DNA from: Isurus oxyrinchus
Taxonomy: Eukaryota
Reading direction: 5' to 3'
Assembly (NCBI GenBank): GCA_026770705.1
Contig: JANJGN010000016.1
Span: 37,510,001 to 37,574,000, forward strand
DNA length: 64,000 nt
The position numbers and the translations under genes are program-made. The notes under the pieces were generated by a model, which worked only from the letters and a program-made list of their open reading frames with translations, did no database searches and was not told where the DNA came from. Shown here piece by piece: positions 54,915 through 64,000 of the stretch (the first letter of the stretch is position 1; every line of letters starts with the position of its first letter).

Positions 54915-55445
54915 GAATGGAATCATGGAATGGTTACAGCACAGGAGGTGGCTTTTTGGCCTGTCATGCCTATGCTGGCTCCCTGCAGGAGCAATTCACC
55001 TATTGTCACTTCTCTTCCTTTTCCCTGAAGCTCTGTAAATTTTTCTTCTTCAGGTAATGATCCACTTCTCTTTTGAAAGCCACAATTTTATCTGCCTCTT
55101 CCATACTTTTAGGTAGTGCATTCCAGATCCTAACCACTTGTTGCAAAAAAAGTTTTCCCATGTCAACGTTGCTTCTTTTGCCAATCACCTTAAATCAGCG
55201 TCTTCTGGTTCGTGATCCTTCCACAGTTTCTTGCCATCTATTCTGTCCAGACCCCTCATGATACCTTAACAAATACCCTCTCAACCTTCTTGTCTCGAAT
55301 CTATCTACATAATTGAAGTCCCTTGTCCATGGAACCATTCTCATAAATTTTTTCTGTACCCTCTCTAATGCCTATGCATCCTTCCTACAGTATGGCTCTC
55401 AGAACAGGAGGTAATGCTCCAGTTGAGGCCAAACAAGTGTTATAT
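54915..55445 (-). mobile_element. CR1 LINE 3' fragment
   Basis: QVVRIWNALP...FKREVDHYL on the minus strand. Confidence 0.75.
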
Positions 55446-55449
55446 TAAG

Positions 55450-56200
55450 GGGAGGTCTTGGCGTAGTAGTAACTACTAATCCAGAGGCCCAGACTAATAC
55501 TCCGGAGACATGGGTTTGAATCCCATCACAACAGCTGATAGAATTTAAATTCAGTTAAGAAATCTGGAATTAAAAAGCTAGTCTTGCTAATAATGACCAT
55601 GAAACTGTTGTTGAATGTCATAAAAACCCATCTAGTTCACGAATATCTTTTAGGGATGGAAATCTGCTGTCTTTACCTACATGACACTCCAGACCTACAG
55701 CAATGTCTTTGACTCTTAAATGTCCCCAGTTGTATCAAACTGCCGTAAAGTCTACAAAAAAGAATGATACTGGATAGATCACCTGGCATCAACCTGCAAA
55801 GCCCTCCTTACTAAAATATGGAGGCTTGTGCCAAATTTGGGATATGCACAGTGGCAGCAGTGTGTACCATTTACAAGATGCACTGCAGCAACTCACCAAG
55901 GCTCTTTTGACAGCACCTTACAAACTAGTCATTGCTACCACCTAAAAGGAAAAGGGCAGCAGATACATGGGAACACCACCACCTGCAAGTTCCCCTCCAA
56001 GCCACACACCATCCTGACTTGGAAATATATTGCCGTTCCTTCACTGCTAGGTCAAAATGCTGGAACTCCCTTCCTAACAGCACTATTGGTGTACCTACAC
56101 CACATGGACTGCAGCAGTTCAAGAAGGCAGCTCACCACCACCTTCTCAAGGGCAATTAGGATGGGAAATAAAAATGCTGGCCTAACCAGCGATGCTCACT
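55450..56200 (+). mobile_element. SINE head/body followed by LINE 3' end (family of 3580-4180)
   Basis: Head GGCGTAGTAGT...GGGTTTGAATCCC; FTARSKCWNSLP; tail GGGCAATTAGGATGGG...GCTGGCCTAACCAGCGATGC. Confidence 0.7.
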
Positions 56201-56899
56201 ATTCACTTGATTTTTTACTCTATGCTGCTATTTATAAATCCCAGGATCCTATATGCCTTTTTAACGATTCTCTAAACCTACCCTGCCACCTTCAGTGTTT
56301 AGTGCACATATACTCCCAGGTCCATTTGCTCCTGCACCCCTTTTAGACTTGTACCCTTTATTTTATATTGCTTCTTTCTGTTCTTTATATCAAATAAATT
56401 ACTTTAAAGTGATTCTCTACATTACATTTCACCTGCCACTTGTCTGCCCATTCCATCAAACTGTCTATGTCCTTTAGATGTTTAACAATATCATCCTCAC
56501 AGTTCACAATGCTTCCAAGTTTTGCACTTTTCACAAATTTTGAAAAATAAATCAAATCTTCACTTGTGCCGGCATCTTTATTTCTACATTTTGTTTTCAT
56601 TTTCTCAGTTTCTTTTATCAAATTATTCTGTTTTTGAGCTGATTAAGTGTCTTTTTGATTGGTTTGCACTGTCTCTATACTTGTGTTGGGAGTGAAAAGC
56701 CATACACTGGAGCCTTTACATTGTTTTCAGAAAATTACAAGGATATTGATGGACTAAATGGATGGGCTAAACTGTGGCAAATTAATATCAACAAGGACAA
56801 ATATGAAAATCATCTAATTTGGATCTAAAGAGGATGGAACAGTATACTTTCTAAATGGTAAGAAGCTATGAACAATGGAGGCCTAAAGAGTTTTGGGAT

Positions 56900-59859
56900 C
56901 TTTTTGGGAAAAATGTCTAATTTCATGATTCATATGTTTTGGGAATTGAATTTTTAAGTGGTTTTCAGAAACTGGTGTGTACCCCTAAGATAATAAAGGA
57001 TGGTCCATGTTTACTTAAAGGGGTTAGAGTTAGAGGTGTGAAAACAAAAAAAAAAGGTTCTCTCTTAGCTTTGGAATGGAGCCAAGGAGACTGGTAAGAT
57101 TGCCATTACAGGTATAAGTTATTCATGTAATTCCACCAGATCAAAGAAAGGTTGAAAAGCAACTAGTAGATAAGGGATGGTCTTAAAGTATCCATATACT
57201 TTTCAGATCAAAGGACAGGTTTGAGAGCTGTGGATGATTGGTCTGAATCTCTATCTGGGACATTCAGGCATCCCATGTTACCATGGAGATAGATTGTAAG
57301 GAAGTAATTTTAGTTCTGTAAGGATTTGCCCCCTTTAAGGCAAGGGCAGACTTGGCTGCAAAGCTTTGTTATGAATTGATTTTATTGAGACAAAGCCAGG
57401 GCAGGTTTATTAAGTTCTCAACAAACATGGACAGTGATTTACAGTTTAACAGGGAATATACTCCCATGTCAAGACCTGGATGTCAGAATGCACAAAATGG
57501 TTTCTCTAACAGCTTTGGTATTTGGTCTTCAAACCTCTGTCCCTCCCTCTCTCTCTCTCTCTCTCTCCATTGTTTTGTTTTGTTCTTGTCTCTGGATTGT
57601 CTTTCTCCCTGCCACATGAAAAACAAAGTGAGGGTCTCTTTATGCTGGCTGTTATCCAATTAACCCCTTCCTTACCCTAATAATTTTCAGCCTGTGTGTG
57701 AGGACACCTTCTTTAACCAACCAGGAATAATTTATGTAGCTGTTGCTAACCTTACATATTTACCATATCGACATATCGACTCCAGTATCTTGATGCTATT
57801 ACATGCTGTGGTTTTTAATCAGGTAGAGAGAGACATCTACATTCCATTCTCACACATGAAGTTTTTTTACAGACAGCCTTCAAGGTCTTGTCCTTTTGCT
57901 GTGAGCAAGCCCTTTATCATTTGACCTAAACTCCCAGAATCCCTCTACCTTATATCTTTTTACATTGTGCCCCGCTTCAACGTTTTCCCACTTTACTATT
58001 CTACAAAGAAGAGTGTCTAATAAAGACAAGTGTTAGTAAACTACAAGGTTAGATGTTAGTTTCTAATAGTATTGTTAGATTTCAACAATTAGTATTCTTG
58101 TTGGTAACCTAATAATCTTCCAGATCTTTTGTGTTAGGTTTATCTGTGTGTTTTCTCACAGGCACAGGCAGTTTTACATCTGAAGCTGGAACAGCTTAGA
58201 AAAAAGGCAGAGAGAGAAATCTGACAGGAGCTGTGGACCAGTTAGGCAAGAAGGCAGTGAAGCCCATGTGCCTGCATGCCATTGTAATGTAAAAGTGCTC
58301 AGCAGAGCAAGTGTTAATGTGGGACTGAAGAATAGCATCGCCCACAATATGATGTATACAGTCACAAGACAATAGACTGACAGAACACTCTGGAAGCAAC
58401 ATACCTGCATGGCAGCACCATGTATGGCATTAACTGTGATCTGTACATAATTAAAGATTAACAATAAATGGTCATGTTTAAACATACAAGTCTCAAAGTC
58501 ACATCATTGAGACAGCAAATTAACCTATAACACTATATGGTGTTCAGCAGTGGTACACAATATAGTGATCAGCAGTGATATGAAAGGTAGCATTTTAAAT
58601 GATGAACCTAGAATAGAATCCCAAGATATGAAAAACTAATAGTAGCTGAAGCTGGACTAGAGAGGCATGCATCTAAGAAGAAAATTTGAAGAAACAATTG
58701 AAAAAGCTTCGCCACAGACTTAGAAGTTGAGGAATCCACCAAAGTGAGTGGAAGTCCATTGCAAGGCCCCTGAGTGACGGAGAGTAAAAATGAATAAAAA
58801 CCTGGTCAGATCACAAGATGGGTGAGCAAAAACACAAAAAATCGCAAGACCCTGAGTGATGCAGTGTGATGAATACTGTTCCATTCACAAAACGTGAGCA
58901 AAAATACTAAGATTGAAGATCCCGAGTGGCACAGAATCAAAAAGCTTGGTCAGTTCACAGGATGGTGAGCAAAAATGATAAAACAGAAACTGTACTTACA
59001 TTGTAGAATAAGTGGCAATCCTAGAGATGAGGCTCAGTAGCTTGCAGCAGTGGTGGCTGTGCTGCACTGAAGTTAAAAAATTGGTTAAATAAAAATCAGC
59101 TGGAAGAGTAAAGAGACGAACCCATAGAGCACAGTAAAAAAGAGGAAAAAGCCTGCAGGGTGTAAGAGAAAAGGAATCCTTTTCGGTCGGGTCCCTGGCT
59201 TCTTGTACAGGGAAACGATCTGCTGCTGTTTTAAAAGTTCATACAGAGGTAAAAGAAAAAAATAGAATCACCCAGAAAAGAAACGCTGCTACTTTGACAT
59301 TTTAAAAAGTTTAAAAACAAGGCCCATGATTGCCGGGGAGCCCACCCAAATCATAAAAGCATGGAAAACTCACAACAAAGAAAACCGGCAAGCTGCAGAC
59401 AGCCTGAGTGAAAATAATGGTTACTGCACTGATAGCCTTAAAGGGGTAATGACATTTAAAGCAGTAACTACAAGAAAAAAAAATGGCATAAAATTAGAAG
59501 AGCCAGGTGCATTTTGGTTAAGGAAAAGGCTAAACAAGACCAACAAGTGGAAGTCTTGGAGAAGACCACTTTTAGTTTACAGGACACTTAAGTGCATTAA
59601 ATTAGGAATCAAATGAAGTACAAATTGATAAGTTTTTATTCATCTTTGGTTCATTTTTAGGTGAAGTACTCCATAGCCAACTATACTTAACAACATTTGG
59701 TGAGATATGAAAAGGCTTTGATACATATTTTAAACTCTAAGTTGCAGAGAGCGTAGACCCTAGAAGTAAGTTTAGCACGCACCCAATAAAGCACCAAGGG
59801 CACAAGAGACCTCAGAGAGAGGACAATTCCTAATAAAGCACCAAGGGCAGCAAGAGACT
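56900..59859 (+). mobile_element. Possible LTR retroelement remnant (LTR-like region plus A-rich internal leader with short tandem repeats)
   Basis: CT tract, AATAAA at ~58019, ...TCTCACA at ~58160, then A-rich sequence with 70-82 bp repeats; no recognisable gag/pol motif. Confidence 0.3.
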
Positions 59860-60019
59860 CCAGAAAGCTATCAGGAGGAAGTGACAACCCTCAATTCAAC
59901 AGTTGGCAAATCAAAGCAGGAGTTGGGAAAACTCAATCAGATGCACAGTCAGGCAAAACAACAGACAGAAAAGGCACCCAAAGAAATTGCAACACTGAAA
60001 GACTCCTTGAAGTATCAAT
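59860..60019 (+). pseudogene. UACA/RAI14/ANKRD24-family coiled-coil segment, piece 1
   Basis: PESYQEEVTTLNSTVGKSKQELGKLNQMHSQAKQQTEKAPKEIATLKDSLKYQ aligns by eye with recalled human UACA PEKHEKEIIALKSNIVELKKQLSELKKKCGEDQEKIHALTSENTNLKKMMSNQ. Confidence 0.65.
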
Positions 60020-60169
60020 GGCCTGTAATTTCCTGGCTCCCCAGTGTCAGAAGCGCTTGGGAATCCCTCTCGGAAGTTCCCAGGTAAGGGTTTGCATGGC
60101 AATTGCACAGAAGTGCACCCTTCCTCTGGACAATTGCACTGCGCTAGGAACCATCCGAAAATGCAATTT
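60020..60169 (+). mobile_element. Truncated Harbinger-type element end
   Basis: Starts GGCCTGTAATTTCC right after AAT; terminus resembles those at 60204 and 63973. Right boundary approximate. Confidence 0.5.
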
Positions 60170-60203
60170 AAATTGCAAACTTTATTAGCAGCAACGAAAC
60201 AAT
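60170..60203 (+). pseudogene. UACA-family segment, piece 2
   Basis: KLQTLLAATKQ joins in frame to CIESQSEL at 63631 once the transposon and one AAT are removed. Confidence 0.6.
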
Positions 60204-63200
60204 GGGCAGAATCATCCCAGATTTGCACTAAGTGAGGTAGCGGGTGGGGAAAATGACATTTTACCTGCCAGCCACAATAGAGGCTTTGCATGCCGCACTG
60301 TCCCAAACCCACCGCATTAATGGTGCATTCCCTGGAAACACGCGTTTACCCAGCAGGCAGGCAGGCTCTCATTCACCTGCCACACCATCAACTTGTCACT
60401 TCATCACGCCGGGTGCCACATTTAAAGTGTAGCTGCGCACACACCTCTCAGTGCTCCCAGCTCAGGACTGCTGCACAGAAGACAGGATAGCTTTGCAAGG
60501 TAAAAAGAGTGCAGTCCTCCGGTTTAGTGACACATCCCTCGAGCGCCTTTTGGATGCCATGGAGGCCCGCCGTGATGTGCACTACCCCCACTTTGACCGT
60601 AGGAGGGGCAGCGGCATCACCAATCCAGCATGGGATGCGGTGGGAGCGGTGGTCAGTGCCAATGCCCTGCAAGAGAGGACAGCCACCCTGTGCCACTACA
60701 GGATGAATGGTCTCATCCGTTCCACCAGGGTAAGTCACTCTTCTCATTACTCTCAACTCACACACCTCACAGACCCATCACACATCCACAGGGATCTCAC
60801 ACCTTATGGATCAACACCACGAACTCTCACCCACACCCTCACATCTCCATCAGGCTCATATCCTCTCGACCTCATGTCCTCATCATGTCCATGGCTCCGC
60901 TCACCACACAAACATACCACACAGTGCCATGTGTCCTGATCATACTCTCTCCAACTGCTTTCATGCACGAGAAACCTGCTCACTTCAGCAGGGGGAGGTC
61001 TCCGACCACGGGTGAAGTGGCCCACATTAGGCCCCTCACTCACTTTGAGGAGCATGCTATCACGCTCACTGGTGAGGGCACTGAATGTGTGATGGTGAGG
61101 TTGGCAACGAACACCTTTGTGAGGATCCTGCACCATATCATCCCTCTTCCAATGCAAAGTGAGCACTCTCTTTCCTGCTTTTGACTCTGCTGACATGCAC
61201 TAATTATCTCTACCTTGGTTCACAGGGAGCTCTGCCAAGTGACCAACATCCTCAGCCAGCCAGTCCCTCAGCCCCATCCAGGTCCTCATCTCCAGCCAAG
61301 AGGACTCTTCCTTAACTGAAGAGCTGGAAATAAGCAGCCTGGAAGACTTGTCACAGCACTTACCCACATCCTTCACCAACACAGACACACACCTTGGTGG
61401 GACCTAGATCTAGAGCAGGCTCAGGATCACAGTCTGGTGGTCACCACATGGACATGTGTCCGCAGCAGGAGGAGGCAGGTTCAGCCGAGCTCCCCGGTAC
61501 TTGGAAGACTGCTGGAGAAGAGGCATCTGTGAGGTTGGAGTCAGATGACAAACCTTTGAATTTGGCCTTCCGACTCATTGTGGAGAGTCAGCAGATGGTG
61601 TGGGAATATCTCACAAAGCTGTTGGAAGCCCTCAACAGAGTGGCATGTGATTCGGAGGAGTGCGTCTGCCTGCTCTCTGGTGAAGTGGTGCCCACATGTG
61701 TGTGTATGGAGGTCTCCATGGGAAGGATGGCGGGTGCCATGGAGACTCTGATCCAGCAGAACATAGGGATGTGTGCAGACCTGCACTCCATTGTGGGAGC
61801 CATGGATGTGCTCCTGATAACGTGATATCCCTCCAGGTGCTCCTTCCTCTCAAGGAGTCAAGCTGGGGCCCTCAGGCATCTGAAGGGAGGAGGAGCAGCA
61901 GCTGGACACATTTGGGTCACCTACTCAGGAATCTCAGAGGCTGTCCTTTCCCTTTGAGTCCCTTTTGCCTGCGAGGCCCTCAACCTCGTCCTTTGTCACT
62001 GCAGAAGGAGCAGCTGGCCAACGAGTGATCCTGGAGGGAGAAGTGTATTTGTGGCAGGGCCTTTTGGAGCCTCGTAAACATTCTCCCACGTATGCATTTC
62101 ATTCCCGTATCACGCTCACCTCAATGTCCTGAGCATTTTCAATACTATCTGCTGGGATTTGCTTTTAGTTGTCCATCTGAGCTGACCTGCATCTCCACCT
62201 ACCCACTCTTCACACTCCCATGCAGCACATGATCTCACCCACCATGAATCTCATTTCACTTTCGATTTAGATATCATGGTGGTTATTCCATTTTACATTC
62301 CCACCCCCATCCTTTCCCCTCTCTCAATCGCCTATTTCCTTTCCCCCATCACTGTTGTACCCCCGGCATCACCTTCCACCTCCCCTCAGTGACCTACCAG
62401 CTACAACCCTTTCCCTTTGGGGATGCCCTCCCTTCCCGAAAATCCCATCCCCATCCACATTCGCCTCCCCAATTTCCCCCTTCCCACCCCCAGGGTCCGT
62501 GTCTGCCTTTGAGTCTCCACCGACCACACTCGCCATCCCTTCTGCCACTACCATCGAACCCTCACCCTCCCACCCTACTGCCTCACACTGCCCTCAGTCA
62601 TTCTCACCATTCCCTCATACCACGCCCCTGCCCCCCTTGGAACCCCTTCCCATCCACCCCAGACTCCTCCCCTTTTAGTCCAGCCTCCAACTCCAGATAC
62701 CCTCACCCCCACCCCCACCCGCTTAGTCCTTCCCCCTTTGTGACTCCTTTAGACACCCTTACTTCTTCCTCCAGCCTTAGTCCTTTCCCCTTCCCGACTC
62801 CTTCCTCCAACCTTACTTCTTCCTCCATTCTGACTCCCTCCCCTCCCCACACTCCTTCCTCCCCCTGGACTCCCCCCCCCTCTCTGCACTTCTCCTCGTC
62901 CTGAACTCCTTCCCTTACAACTTCCACCACCCTAAACATCTACCTCCCCAGTTGCCCTCTTCGCCCCATTAACTCCTCCTCACCCTCCCCCGACACCTTC
63001 TTTCCTCCCCTATCAACCTCAATCCCCCGACACCTCTTCCTCTTCCAGTCGATCCTAGACCTTCCTCTCCCACCCCTGGTACATCTTCCTCTCACAAACA
63101 CAGCTGGACCTCCCTCTTCACCCCCTCGACCATCAGCTGTTGTGAGCAGACCCTCAGCAGTGACTTTTCCAACTTCTGTGAACTGCTTCGCAGCAAAACT

Positions 63201-63628
63201 ATGTCCATGAGAATCCACCCAGCATATCATCGATGTCCCTCCAGTGTGCTGTTGCTGTCGGGCTCCAGCATCTTCTGCTCCGCGGATGTCTGCAATGTGA
63301 GCAAGGCCCTGGCGGTAAGTCCCGACTTCTGCACTTTACACTTGTCAAGATGTGATCTGCACCGGTGTGCAATCATGCCAATGTGGGTGGACAATCCAGC
63401 GGAAGGGGAATGATTCTGGCAGGCTGGACTTTTAATGATGTGCAGATGTACTACAATGAGGTTCCCAACATCTGACATCGGGAAATGCGGCCTGCCATTG
63501 ACGGGCTGAGCCAACAATTGCAAACTGGTTTCATGATGTTGTGAAACCAATTTCTGGCCTTCTCACCACATTGCCCGCTCATGCCACCCGAGCACACCTG
63601 ACACCAGCGGGCACGGAAAAGTCTGCCC
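60204..63628 (+). mobile_element. PIF/Harbinger DNA transposon (non-autonomous/decayed), 3-bp TSD AAT
   Basis: TIRs GGGCAGAATCATCC ... GGAAAAGTCTGCCC; AAT at 60201-60203 and 63629-63631; encodes a Myb/SANT-like protein. Confidence 0.85.
60481..60729 (+). pseudogene. Harbinger Myb/SANT-like (NAIF1-type trihelix) DNA-binding ORF, exon 1, decayed
   Basis: RFSDTSLERLLDAMEARRDV...AWDAVGAVVSANALQERTATLCHYRMNGLIRSTR then |gtaagt; likely continuation EKPAHFSRGRSPTTG..IRPLTHFEE at ~60969 after a mutated acceptor (CAC). Confidence 0.75.
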
Positions 63629-63970
63629 AATGCATTGAATCCCAGAGTGAGTTGGCAAGAGGCCAACAAGGAAATAAACAGTTGAAAGAACAGCTGATTG
63701 TCCTTCAAGATCAAATGCGAAAGGAATGCGTAACCATTCAGCAACATGAAGAAGTGAAGATGATCTTAAACAGTAGCATGGAAGAAGAGCAGAAGAAACT
63801 CGAGGAAACCTGACTGGATTACAGGAAACTCAAGATGAAGAAAGCGAGCTTCACAAAGCAAAGGAAAACCTGTTGAAAGACCTTCACACGCTACAAGAAT
63901 GCCTTCGGTCAATGTTTCTGGAAAATTATGAAGAGAAGCAAAATGAATTTAACATCACTCTGGACACATA
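63629..63970 (+). pseudogene. UACA-family segment, piece 3 (premature stop and frameshift)
   Basis: CIESQSELARGQQGNKQLKEQLIVLQDQMRKECVTIQQHEEVKMILNSSMEEEQKKLEET*LDYRK / TQDEESELHKAKENLLKDLHTLQECLRS, compared with recalled UACA HEEVKMTLN and NYRKGQEEIVTLHAEIKAQKKELDTIQECIK. Confidence 0.75.
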
Positions 63971-63972
63971 AA

Positions 63973-64000
63973 GGGCGTAATTTTCCCAGAATTGTACTAA
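63973..64000 (+). mobile_element. Start of another Harbinger-type element
   Basis: GGGCGTAATTTTCCCAGAATTGTACTAA resembles GGGCAGAATCATCCCAGATTTGCACTAA at 60204. Confidence 0.7.

Noticed and set aside
17150-59800. B4GALT2 or CCDC24 exons, expected from human synteny downstream of ATP6V0B
   Set aside because: No recognisable peptide in the ORF track and no CpG island seen; short or non-coding exons cannot be excluded by eye.
62355-63230. Proline-rich and Gly/Glu-rich ORFs
   Set aside because: By-products of C/T low-complexity DNA inside the transposon.
63541-63813. 90-aa ORF as an intact gene
   Set aside because: Chimeric: its first ~30 codons are transposon terminus, and it ends at a premature stop within the UACA-like homology.

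Overview
Eukaryotic, repeat-rich genomic DNA, most likely a cartilaginous fish (inferred from HER1-like CR1 LINEs, Deu-domain SINEs and Neptune-type Penelope elements). The only intact host gene is ATP6V0B (V-ATPase proteolipid subunit c''), + strand, coding exons 2-8 at 2137-17149, all with GT-AG junctions; exon 1 lies upstream of the window. The rest is mostly transposon-derived: CR1, L2, SINEs, LTR-like segments, PIF/Harbinger-type elements, a 35-bp minisatellite, and a young 5'-truncated Penelope copy with an intact RT + GIY-YIG frame. The most notable observations are two. (1) A decayed UACA/RAI14/ANKRD24-family coiled-coil coding segment at 59.9-64.0 kb, hit by three Harbinger-type insertions; its frame rejoins exactly when the 3.4-kb element is removed. 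(2) Penelope termini carrying minimal hammerhead ribozyme motifs, with a non-canonical CUGUYGA core in the least-decayed copies, including a 231-bp foldback element with a 14-bp target-site duplication. Family assignments come from recalled sequences and motifs, not database searches, and boundaries of old repeats are approximate.
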